Below are positions 1 to 12,800 of a stretch of 64,000 nt of DNA, piece after piece (position 1 is the first letter of the stretch; each line of letters begins with the position of its first letter). The stretch is from the NCBI RefSeq assembly GCF_001194135.2, contig NC_068985.1:124583285-124647284 (forward strand). The letters are read 5' to 3'. Position numbers and translations under genes: made by a program. A model generated the notes under the pieces. That model searched no databases. It saw only the letters and a program-made list of their open reading frames with translations, and was not told the origin of the DNA. The stretch is from Octopus bimaculoides. Lineage: Eukaryota.

Positions 1-130
1 TGAGAGGAAGGGAAGAGATGTAGTTTGGTTGGTTGGGGTAGGATGTGTGTGGAAAGTTTTGTTGTTATGTGTTGGTGAAACACACAGCACTTCTAGAACT
101 CAGTTTCACTGATGTCCAGACTGAGTTCTA
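1..130 (-). mobile_element. RTE 3' UTR fragment
   Basis: Reverse complement of 21725-21835 (cagtgaaactgagttctagaagcactgtgtg...). Confidence 0.75.
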
Positions 131-1489
131 GCTGCTGCAATATGAAAGATATCTCAAGATAATCTCTATGACTCATACAAGTGGTAGAATTTATCTGTTT
201 CCCACTTTAATTCTGGCACTTGGTTGATTTTAATGGAGCCCACTGTGTTGCAATCATTCAGACTAGTTCTTCCTCTCTTCCTCCTACACCAGACTCAAGA
301 TCACTTTAAAATATCATGGACACCACCCTTCCTCCTTTGAATAAGATATTTTTTTTTTAAAACCATTCACAAAAAGCCTCTGACATTCATCCATCTAATA
401 TTTGGGACAATCTTCTTGATTCGAGGAAATCTTTTGTTTTGATTCCCCAAATAGATTACAGTATAATTATAATTCTGTTGGTGTCATAAAGAAAATTCTT
501 TTACTTTTTTGAAATAGTTGATAAAATGTAAATTGTTCGTGAATATGTTATATAATAAACCATCAGAAGGCATAAGAGCCACAATGCAACATGCACTACA
601 AACAAAAACATATATAAAGAAAATGTATGAATTGTTAATTGGGAACCATTGAGCTACATAAATGAAACATTCAACATTCAATTTTATAACAATCTCTTGT
701 CACTTCCTTTCTCTGTGTAGCAGTGGCTCACAGACTCACTGATTAGATTTCCCTTTAAAAATATAAATATTTAATGAAGCAGCTATTGTTTGCACTTATG
801 AAAGATAATGTGTTTTACGAGAGAATAAAAATTAAAGTATCTATAAAAAGAGAAAGAAAAACACCTTTCTATCCATTACGCAGTATTTAAAAGGTTTGTT
901 GATGATAGGTGTGGCATTCATTTAGTTATGAATGAAGCATACACTTCCATTAATTTCTATTTGGTAATATGTGTTCTAATGAGGCGATTACATATCATAA
1001 CATGTAATTTATTAAATGCAATATATATCTATGTAAATATTTATTAAACTAAAATTTTTTTTTTTTTTTACATAATTAAATTTTTATGTTTTTACATGGG
1101 CTGGTCTTTTTTTTTTTTTTTTTTGTCTGAGTTATTTTGTCGATTTCTTCTCACTGAAGGAATTGAATTTTGGTGATTATTTTCTTTAACCATTACTTTC
1201 CCTAATAGTTGCTTTGTTTACTACCAGGTACATTAATGGCTATAATCTGCATGTGTCATCATAATTATTTCATGTCCAATTTGCCTGGATTTGACAGGTC
1301 TTCTCCACCACTGCATCACATCTATTGCGCTACTTTTTAATTTTCTTCATGAGATTTAGCATCCTAAGACTAACCTTCAGCATTTCTGTTCTTATCTTTC
1401 TAAGTGTTCCTCATCCCCATGTCCATATTAGTTCAATTTTCTTTTTTACATACTGCAGTCAGTTCCTCTTACACCCAGATTGATAGCAA

Positions 1490-2760
1490 AGAAAGAGACA
1501 TTTGTAATGATCAAAGACCATTAACCAAACTTTGCTTCTAACCCCAAATGCCATTTGATCAACCTTGCAAAGTCTGAGATTGGCTTCGTAAGCAAGTAGC
1601 TGATTAGAAGGATCAACAATGAGGCCTCACTCTCTGGTATAACACCAACAAGGTCATCACATGGTTTAAAACCAACAGCAGCAGGAGTAGATCAAGGTTT
1701 ACCTAATTTGATATTGTGGATTGTTGCCTGTCTGCATCAAAGGTGTTATTGTATAGGGCACTGGATTTGGTAGTATCTATACTGAGATTAGAGATGAAGA
1801 TGAAAGCATTATCATGCATGCCAGAAAGACTCTACTCATCAACAAGGGTTTGGCTTGGACCAAATGCTCTAGACCAGAAGGCTCATTTGATTTAGCAAGG
1901 GGGGCATTTCATGAGGCTGACGTGTATGATTTTATTGGGTGTTTATTTTTTTTTGTCCTGAGCTTACTTAATAAGTTCCCTTCTACTAGCTTTGCTCTCT
2001 ACAGGTACAATGCTTTGACAATATCAAGAGGAGTGAATTATCATACATGCAATAGACTTAGGAAGGACCTCCCTTTCCATGAATTCTCTTGAGCCCAAGA
2101 TCACAATAGAAACCAACACGAAGACAGTTAATTTTCTTCATATGACATTGAACTTGGAATCCAGTGCCTATAGGTTCTTTAGGAAACTGAATGAGAGGCT
2201 GACATACGTTAACACAACTTTCTGTCATCCAGCCATAGTGTTCAGGAACCTAGTAAAGGGGGTCAGCAGAAAAATCTCTAGCTTGTCTTCAAGTAAACAG
2301 TTTTGATGTCACTGCCCCCTACTATAATGAAGTTCTAATTGTCAGCAGCTTTAAGGATAGGATTAGTTACATGCTAGATCCTAACCCCTTCTAAGAAAGA
2401 AAAAATGCACCACCAGAAAGTTTTGTGGTTCAGACCCACTTTCTCCCTAAAGAGAAGTAAGTTTTTCTTTAGATTAGTGGATAAATACTTTCCTCATATG
2501 AATAGGTTCTGTAAAACTTTTGATTGTCATACCTGAAGAGTTTCTTTTCGCTGTGCACCTAATGTGAAAAAATATATCATTAAGTAGGCCCACACCTGAA
2601 GCAGAGTTAGAATGCTCATGCAGAGGCAACATAGAGACACTTGTATATGAGGCAGGGGTAACATCAAAGAGCCCCAGTGTCAAATATGGGAAAGTTTATG
2701 GACACAACAGAATGTCCTTACAGAGCCAAATTTAACATTTTATTAATGAAGTAAATAAGT
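1490..2760 (+). mobile_element. Decayed Penelope-like element (Neptune-like lineage): RT plus GIY-YIG remnants
   Basis: Frameshifted peptides NPKCHLINLAKSEIG, FDLARGAFHEADV, ITIETNTKTVNFLHMTLNL, HPAIVFRNL..ISSLSSS, VLWFRPTFS, LVDKYFP, LVYEAGVT match PLE RT/EN motif order. Confidence 0.8.
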
Positions 2761-3422
2761 GTTATTATCATGGATGCTGTTCCAAATGCTAGTCTGCAAA
2801 TGAGGTATATCATCTTGTGTAGAACAGGCATAAGTAAACAGAGATGTTTCTTCAGTAAAAATCTCAAATAATTGACTGTGTGTTATGTAATGGATAAATA
2901 GCTAATTAAAATAAAGCCTGTATTATGTAATAGAGTAAATATTTATTTAAAACAAAGCCTGTCATCAATAATTAAAAAAAAAAACCTCTCCTCAAAATGA
3001 TATTTCTCCCTTCAGTGCTCTAACATACTCTTTGTATTAACAGTGAAGAATGTCTAAGAAGCCCTTTGACTGCAGGTAAAATTTTACCTACCTTTAAATT
3101 TGAGACTGCCATTAACAAATTTCTCTACAACCCTATATGAAAGAAAAAAGGTTCAAGCCTTCAAACCAAGCAAGTAATTTAATATAGATTAGATACCTAT
3201 CAATTTGTAAAATTAAAGGGACATTAGTTTTTTCAGTACATATGTGTACTGAAAATACCTGCAAGTGTACAGGTTCTTGTACACTTGCAGTTCACTCTGA
3301 ATATTAAAAAGACCCCTTACCTGCTCCACTGTCACAGAACCTGCTAGAAATATGAACTTAATCTCCTTTAAATCACTTAAAATCATTTTTGAAAAAAATA
3401 CAAGGATACATTAAATAATGTA

Positions 3423-3621
3423 TTTACATTATTTACATTTGATGGATATTTGTCCTCAACGTTTTGGCTGATATACCCTCCAGCCTTCATCAGGTGTTTT
3501 GGGGAAATTTCGAACCTGGGTTCTCATTCCTAAGGTATTTTTCGATGTTGGATATATGGCGTAGTGGTTAAGAGCACGGGCTACTAACCCCAAGATTCCG
3601 AGTTCGATTCTAGGCAGTGAT

Positions 3622-3655
<34 letters not shown>

Positions 3656-3829
3656 TCGAAAAATACCTTAGGAATGAGAACCCAGGTTCGAAATTTCCCC
3701 AAGACACATGATGAAGGCTGGAGGGTATATCAGCCGAAACATTGTGTTAACAACAAACAAGATGAGGACAAATATCTGTCAAATGTAAATAATGTAAATA
3801 ATTCCTCATCTCTTAAATATAGAACTGTA
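3423..3829. mobile_element. Foldback non-autonomous PLE pLTR unit (tRNA head plus hammerhead); 12-13 bp TSD
   Basis: Truncated inverted arm 3423-3549, full + unit 3550-3829; direct repeat (a)ttaaataatgta at 3410-3422 and 3829-3841; sequence shared with 14330-14849 and 55430-56003. Confidence 0.85.
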
Positions 3830-4689
3830 TTAAATAATGTAGTTTATAGATATATTGTGTATAAAAAACAAAAGAAAAGGTGATGGTCCAGGCCAGAATT
3901 CCTTTGAAGTCTGCTTAATCATGGTTGACCTAGTGTTCAGCAACAACAATTTCATTCGTTTTGACTTTCACTAAATTGGCATTTGCTAACATAAGCCTTT
4001 TCTATTAGTCTCTATAAATTTTCACCCTACCTTGCTTTGGATCCATAATTGCTGCAGATTTTGGCCTGCAACAGTTTAAATAGAACATTGATGGTATCAA
4101 GCTCTCCAGCTGTTAAGAACAGTGAGACTAGTGAGTTTGATGTCATTAGTGTTCATGGAAATTATCTCTTCCTCCAGACTTAGCAAATATAAAAGAAATG
4201 GGCTTGCTACTGTTTCTTATAGTGTCTTAGATGGGACCTACACCAATTCAGATCAGCCACAGCTGATTTCTTCTAGAAAGAGAGAACTGGTACTTTATTA
4301 ATTGACCTCTTGGGCAGGACTACTCCCTCATTTATTGAACCTCGAAAGAATGAAAAGCAAAGTCAATGTCAGTGGAACTTGAACTCAGAATGCATAGAGC
4401 TAGAATGTCTCAAAGTATTCTATATGATGCTCTAATGACTCGCAATATGCAGCCCATGAGGTCTTGTAATCATCAATGGTTTAATTAAATCTGTTTTTTG
4501 AAGAAGTTTTCTGTAGAGCTTCCCAATTAAGAGGTCCCCATAGGAACATTGTGTATATGTACATATGTGAGTCTTTAAAACATGTAATCACATGACTATC
4601 TATCAGCTCTCAAACTGAAAATGAAGCAATGGTTTTTGCCATGTGTTAATTGATGCTCTACAGAACAGCTTGCCACCCTGTTTGTCGGT

Positions 4690-4799
4690 CACAGGCGTGC
4701 ACGCACACACACACGCACACACACACACACCAACCACCTTACTACAATAATCATCCACCCACTTATTCACCTATCTGCTGTCAGTCACTACTTTACTCA

Positions 4800-4834
<35 letters not shown>

Positions 4835-5140
4835 GCTAAAACTGGCCACAACTATTTTTTCAAGCACTTTAAATGAACTGGTGATGTTGATGACAACGGT
4901 AGTGCTGTTGGTGATGCTGATGTTGGTGAGAGTGGTGGTGTTGTTGTTGTTGTTGTTGTTGGAGGTGGTGAGTGTGAGAGGAGGTGCCAGAGAAACAATT
5001 GATTTTATTTTGTCCTCTTGTGATTGGATTGATATAAGCCAACTGTCCAAATTGGACTTGGGGTGGGAGATGAGTCGGGTAGAGGTGGATTTGGGTGTGC
5101 AAATGTTACAGTGGGCAGGGGAGAGGGTGGACGTGAGACA

Positions 5141-5185
<45 letters not shown>

Positions 5186-5478
5186 TGAGTAAAAGAGAAA
5201 GAGAGAGAGAGACAGAGACAATGACAATAGGTGGAGTGTGAGTGATAAGAGTGAATGGTTAATGAAGAGCATAAATAGGAAAAAAGCTCATGAAAATAGT
5301 GATCTGAGGAGCCGATGATGAGGATGATGATGATGATGATGACAGTGATGATGATGACAGTGATGATGATGGTGATGAAGATGATGATGGTGATGATGGT
5401 GATGATGATGGTGATGATGATGACAGTGATGATGATGACAGTGATGATTATGATGGTGATGATGATGTAATGATGATG

Positions 5479-5510
<32 letters not shown>

Positions 5511-5932
5511 GGTGATGATGATGATGATGATGGTGATGATGGTGATGATGATGATGATGACTGATGATTATGATGGTGATGATGATGATGATGATGACAG
5601 TGATGATTATGATGATGATGATGGTGGTGAGGATGACTGTGGTGATGATCATGATGGCTGTTACATATGATGTTGATGGATTTTCTATGCAACAATCAAA
5701 AGCAAATGAATGAATGAATAAATAAATACACTGAAAGAAAATCTGCAACCTTTTTGTACGGTGGGTGGTGGCGGGGAGTGGACGTTTATTTATTTTTTTT
5801 TACTTTGTGTTCATTTATATTTGTTTATCTGTTTGTTGTATATCCTTTTATCATTGTGATAAATTTGATGTTTACTGATGTGTTTATGTATATCTCTTGC
5901 TCTCTCTCTCTCGCTCTCTCTCTCTCTCGCTC

Positions 5933-5968
<36 letters not shown>

Positions 5969-7400
5969 CACAAATGCATACATGCATTTACTTCCACACA
6001 ATCATATAAGATTACTCATAAACCCATTAACACACCCTCACAAACTCATGCACACACACACATACACACACACACACACACACATACACACACACTGATA
6101 CAATCACACACACACACTCTCTCTCTATACTCTCATTCATTCACTCAAACATAGAAATATACACATATTGTATACAGTCACTTTAATCCGACACACACAT
6201 TGGTACACCCATACACACATATATACACACTATACTACATATTACACATTGTCATCAATATGTGATGGAAGGTATTCCATACTTGTCCAGGTGGGTGGTG
6301 GAAAGGGGTAAATCAGGTTATGTATGTGTTTTATTTCTGTTTCTGTTTTTTTCTTGAATTTCCATCTATCCATCAATAGAAGGAAGAAATATATGTACAT
6401 ATGTGAATAGATATGTATATATACATGTATGTATGTATGTATGTATGTATGTATGTATGTACGTACGTATGTATGTATGCATGTATGTATGCATGTATGT
6501 ATGCATGTATGCATGTATGCATGTATGTGTGTGTGTATGTGTGTGTGTGTCTGTCTGCTGTATGTGATAGCGGCAAAGGTACAATTGACAGAAACAGTAA
6601 ATGTTTATGAGAGCATGTTGACTGGACCAGACTGGATAGGATCAGGCTAGACAAAGCCACCAAACAAAATTGACCAGACAAAACAAATGCACATCTGATC
6701 TAAACTAATACTGTGGGTTTGGATGTTCAGTCACCACAAGCATACCCTGCCTCTTGATTATCTAACTGTCTGTCTAACTAGCTAGATAGCCATCCATCTA
6801 TCTCTCCATTTGTCTACCCTTCCATCTAACTATCCTTTCATTTATCTACCCTTCCATCTATCTATCTTTCTATCTGTCAATCTTTATATCTATTTATCCT
6901 TCTATCTATCCATCTATATATCTATCCTTCTATCTGTCCATCCACTTATCTATCAGTTGAACTGTCTTATCCTTCTACCTGTTCATCTATCTGTCCATTT
7001 TTCTATCCATCCCTCTCTCTCTATATATATATATATATATCCACCCATCCATCCAGGTAGCTAACATTTCATCCTTTTATTTATCTATCTTTCCATCCAT
7101 TCATCCAGCTAGCTGACTATCCTTCCATCTTTCCATCCATCCATCCATTTTTCCATCCATCTATCCACCTTTTTGATAGACTGATTTAAGATTTTTACTT
7201 CAAACTTTGTTTCTCTTCCACCCATCATAACACACATTCACGCGCCACTCTCACACACATGCACACCCCATACACACTCACACACCAGATACACATCCAT
7301 CACGTCACACACACCACACACACCAGATACACATCCATCACGTCACACACACACCACACACACCAGATACACATCCATCACATCACGTTACACACACACA
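4690..7400. repeat. Compound microsatellite field: (CA)n, (CT)n, (GTT)n, (GAT)n 5310-5670, (TATG)n, (ATCC/ATCT)n, 38 bp x3 at 7283-7390
   Basis: Directly visible; it explains the poly-H/M/D/I ORFs in the track. Confidence 0.95.
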
Positions 7401-7998
7401 AACTGTCCATTATTTGAAACACTGCACGGAAGTACCAGGATCATATTTTATTTAATCAAACTTGGATACTAGCCTAAACTTCCCTGGATTTTCCATGATT
7501 TATTCTAAATCTTTCTTGGACCTTTACTAACTGAACTTCTCTTAGGTCTTTCTTGGATCTTACCCTAAACTTATCCTGGATCTCTGCTAGCCCTTAACAA
7601 GAGATCTGTCTTATCCGTTTCCGGAGTTTACCTGCACTTGTCTTTTTTTCTTTTATTTTTACACTTCTTGATTTAAAAAGTTATAATCAGTTGGGTGGGG
7701 GGTATTATTTTTAATTTGTGTGTGTATATGTATATGAATTTCTCTTATCCTTCGTTCCAGGCACCTTTCTTTTTATGTCCCTACTTACCCATCCCCTATT
7801 TCTTTCTTACTTTGCTGGCACATCCTCAATATTGATGACAATACCTTGCCTAAGATCTTTCACCAAATGTTTGGGCCTTCAAGATGTTCTGGTCGTTAAG
7901 GGGTAATTAAATGATTTTTTTTTTTTTTTCATTTTTACATGCTGACATTTTTTGTTAAATATTTATTTTAACATTTTTGTTAATAATTGTTGTTGCTG

Positions 7999-8030
<32 letters not shown>

Positions 8031-9805
8031 GACACATGCCTAGTGGTTAGAATGTTCATGAGTTTTAGAAGGCTCACATAAGGTTACAAGTTTGATTCCT
8101 GGACTGGTTGGTACATTGTGTCTTTGAGCAAGCCTCTCCATTTCACTTAATTCCAGTCTACTCAGTTGAAAATGAATACCAGCCCCGTACTAATACAGCC
8201 CTTGCCACCTCCAGCTGTTCCATCCTCATTATTTCACTGAATCAAGGGCAGGGGATCCAAGCAGATGCCTTTGCTCACAAAAACAATTAGCAAAAACATG
8301 GTACTTGCTACTAGGTCATCCTCACATGTGGATGATTGCTATATTTTTGTTTGTTTATTTGCTTTCTGTTTAGTTTTTTTTTTTTTATCAAAGGTTAATT
8401 GTGATTATTAATCTCCTGGTCATCCTTGACTGGGGTGTCCTTGTCTTGTTTAAAATGAAAAAGTGTGATGTAGATGAGATTTAGCTTCTATGTTTAGCAG
8501 GTCAAATGACCACAAGTGACTCATTCCTTCCCTCATTAAATTCTCTAAGGCTTATGTGAATGGCAGGTGTGGTGTAGCACCAGACAAAAGATCTTACTGT
8601 AATATAATTTCAACCCTTTATTTTCACCATCATCATCATCATCTCATCTTCATCATAGTCGTATTAGATCCACTTTTCCTGCATCGGTCGAACAGGTCAT
8701 CAGTTCTTATTTGTAGTTTTTGTTTTAGATAAGTCAGAGGACCAGATCTCACTTGTATGTTCCATATTTGACCTGGTTTCTATTGTTGAATTCCCCTCCT
8801 AACACCAACCACTTTATAGAGTGTACTGAGTGTATTTTATTGTAGGACCAGCACATGATGTGTGTTCAAATTCTATCAGTATTCACTTTCTCTTTCTTGA
8901 CATACAATAAACAGCAGTGCAATGTTGAGGTTGATCCCACTAACTCTCCATAAATGATATAAACCTAAAGGATATAAAACCCTTAAAAGACTAACCTTTT
9001 CTTATAAAGTTACAAGATAGTTCAAGACTTAAAACCAAAGCAACAATTTAAAATTACCTTTCTATGAATTTGTTAAATTAGCAATTCATTATTGTTTTCA
9101 GCACAGATGTATCACCACCACAGAATCGTTTGTATTGAGTACTTGCTACTGATACTAAAAAGTTTCCTCTACTACTGATCTAAGATACTCGGGCCATGAC
9201 CATCTCGTCTTGTTTTTTATATTTATTTCTTATCTTTTGCAAAACACTGTGTTAAGAATATTTGTCTTGCCTATGCAAATATGAGAAAAGACATAAAATG
9301 GTAATGTTGATGCAGGTACCCTGTTATACTTTATCTAATGTCTCCTTTTTTTTTTAAGAGAGTAGAATGTGGTTCAAGGAAGATTTAGCTGTTGTTTCTA
9401 GCAAGTTGAGTGTGTTGGCTCATGTAGTTGTCGGTTGAATGATTGTGATCCGCAGAGAGATTCCACTGTTTAAACATGGTTGAGAGCCACATTACACACT
9501 CTTGATATGCAGTACCATATTATTGGAGATTCACTGCCTATCATTCTCAGTTGAACAGCTTGTCTGAAATTTGTTTTTGATTATAAACATTGTTGAAAAC
9601 ACTTGTTCACAATGATAAGTGGATGTGAACAGCAAAAGGCTTTCCACATATTTTCTAGACATATAATTTTTGTTTAGTTGGTTGTGTTTACTTCAAAATT
9701 TCTGTTTTTTTACAAGCTTCACATACCCCAGTTCGAGAATCCCTGTTTTAGACTCTCAGTGTGAAATGCTATACGTTGCTGATGAGATTAGCTTAAGGCC
9801 AAAAC

Positions 9806-9813
9806 ATGCCCAG
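9806..9813 (+). CDS. FAM149B1: FAM149B1-like coding exon 1 (ATG CCC AG, M-P-R)
   Basis: aaacATGCCCAG|gtaaat; in-frame TAA 9 nt upstream; phase 2 joins exon 2 to give MPRY, similar to the recalled human start MISRY. A possible acceptor (tttttacaag) ends near 9717. Confidence 0.65.
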
Positions 9814-12800
9814 GTAAATAGTATTTAGTTTTTTCCTAACCTATTATATATATATATATATATATATTTAAGAATTTAAGGAATGGAGAAAACGCATGTT
9901 ATAATTGCATACTTTATTCCTACATATGTTTCAAAGGATTACAACCTGTGTGATCCATAGAGATCTTTGATATTAAAATTGTAACCTTCTCATCAGGGAA
10001 AGCATGGGAATCATCTTAAATGTAAGACATTATGACCGATTATGTTCTTTGCTACATTGGTTTCTATTAACCCATTTATTCTATCAGAAGAATTTTTATT
10101 CATTAAGATAGAAGAAATACACATAATTATATATATATATATATATATTCAATTCCATCATAGGCAAATGGAAACCGGCAACCATGAACCATATAACCCA
10201 ATACTACTTGGTTAGGGTTAGGGTTCAGTGACTAAACCAGCCCTCAACTAGTCTTGCCTAGTGAAGAGAATGTGTGGGCATACAACAAAATTTAAAAAGC
10301 AAAATCTGCCAAAGGTTGGTGAGCTCCTTGAGAGCTATTGATACTTATATCCGAGAGAAGAAGTGGATGTCGTCAGGGTTATCAAGCCCAGTGGAACACT
10401 TGAATGAGAGTTTGACTCATATTTATTTAATCTCATACTGGACCATTTGGGACCAAACAATGTATAGAGAAAGTCAAGACTGAGAGGAGTGAAAAATATT
10501 GGCAAAAAATTTCATGTACCCCACTGCAATACTGCTATGGGAATAACTTGATATTCAAATAATTTATCATTATATTATATTACATTAGTTCAGATCCCAA
10601 TACAGCTCACTTTGCATTTCTCCTGTGAGGATCAATAAATGAGTTCCAATTAATTAAGGGAATTGATTCAATTAATTATATCTCATCCTTATAATTTATG
10701 ATCTTTAACCTTCTGCCATGTGAAGATCTATAATGTAATCATGTTACATTTATAAATAATTATATACCCATAAAGTTTTGTCATATTTTGCTTCCTTAAA
10801 TCATATTTGACAGTCTCTTCTCAGTTGAATGTATCTGTGTGTGTGTGTGTGTGTGTGTGCACACGTGTTTGTATTGACGTGTTTAGCCCTTGGTCAGTTT
10901 TGATTAAACAGACCTATGATCAAAGTGTTCCAATCATGACCATTCCATTATATTTCAGACAACATTTCCAGAACTACATTATCCAATTTGTTCTTCCTAT
11001 TTTAAGATAAGATGTGGTTTAAGGAGAATTTTGCTACTATTTCTATCTTCTCAAGCTACCATGTACAGGCTCCCACTGTTGATTCGGTATGTGTACAGTG
11101 TCTGTTTCTACAAGCCAAATAGCAAATGGATCCTTTGTCAGTTTCAACAATGAGTATTCCAGTTATTCAGTCAAATGAACTGTCTTTACGACCTCCATCC
11201 TCACGGCTATATCACTTATACATCTGCATTTGTATGCACAGGTCTTAAGCATACTTTTACAGATACAAGGTCAGTCTTTTCTTTGGGAAACTGGTGGTTG
11301 CTTATGCATGAATGTCTCCTTTCTCCTTGCTATGAATGTTTACTTAAAGAAAATGTCATCAACCCATGTTGACACAGCTTAGGATCAGTGTTGTCACTGG
11401 CATTGTTGACAGAGTGTAAAGAACCAAAATAAACACCACAAAGCATCTTGCCTGAACTGTTTGCAGTTCTACCTATCTGTCACCCTAGATAGGTACATTT
11501 TTATCAACCCCAAAAGAATTAAAGACAAAGTTGACCTTGGCTTCATTTGAACTCAGAGCCCAGAGCGATAGAAGAAATACTATGACACATTCTATCCAAC
11601 ACTTAGCCAATTCTACCATTTCCCCACCTATTTGTTCTAATTATATTGAAGTGAAAGTGGCTCGTTATCCCACAGACATTTGCATTCTTAACATAGTCAA
11701 ATCTTCATGTAGAATCACTGTAAGACAGAGTGTCCCAGAGGTAACCTTTTGCCATCTAGCCAATAGACTTCCATGTAGAGAAATAGTAACCAAATCTCCC
11801 TTAAATCACATCTTAAAATAAAAAAAGGTATACATCAGGTGATGAAGACTTTGAAACTATGTCTGAAGAAAGGACAGGATTATGTCAGTTGCAATACCTT
11901 TGATTATTGGTATAGTCATGTGTGAAGGGGCACAGAACCTAGTGGTCAGGGTGCTCACCTCACAACCATGGAGACCTGGACCAGGCAACATATTGTATCT
12001 ATGAGCAAGGCACGCATTTTTCCTGTCTGTTTGGCTTTACATGAGTACCAGCCAGGTACTGGTGCCACTCTCTTTTCCTCCAACTGTCACATCATGGATG
12101 TTGCTAAGGTAAAGGTGATGGAGACAAGAATGTGAGGGTGTCATCTGATCGTGACAGCTTAGTTATCTAAAAAAAAACACCTAACAAAAAACACAATACA
12201 TGTCACCAGACCATATTATTGGCACTGTACAGCCAGCATATAATGTAACAATAGTATATGCTAGTTGTACTTGTACTACTGATCTTCTCAGTCAGAGTGG
12301 ACCTGGGGCTAGACAACAACACACACACTCTCTCTCTCTCATTACAACTCTATTGACCTTTATTTATTTGTGTTCTATTTTTCTTCAAGACAAGGTTTAT
12401 CTAGGTCACTGCTAGAAAAACATCCACCACCAGACCAGCAGGAAGACCAAGAGCTGACTCCAGATTTTGAAGAAGGGTCCAGGTAGTGTACCTCCTCCTC
12501 TATCTCCTACTTTATTTTTCTTCTTGCTACTGACTTATCACCTGTTCTTGTCTAGTTGGATTTTACCTTTCATCTTTTCAGGGTCAATAAAATAAGTACC
12601 AGTTAAATACTGAGATTGATGTAATCAACTAGCTCCTTCCTCAGAACATTCCGGCCTTGTGCCTAGAGTAGAAAGGACTATTATTATTACTATCGCGACT
12701 ATTATTTTTATTTTCATTATTAAGGCAGCAAGCTGGAAGAACCATTGGAGCATTAGACAAGATGTTTAGCAGCATTTCTTCTGGCTCTTTCAGGTTGATA

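Noticed and set aside
4650-6681. Long poly-His/Met/Asp/Ile/Thr-His ORFs
   Set aside because: These are translations of (GAT)n, (CA)n, (CT)n and (TATG)n microsatellites, with no splice or homology support.
7283-7390. 38 bp x3 repeat and the 42 bp array at 15870 as CRISPR-like arrays
   Set aside because: Contiguous units with no unique spacers, eukaryotic context, no cas genes.
10211-10225. TTAGGG x2 as an interstitial telomere
   Set aside because: Two units are expected by chance.
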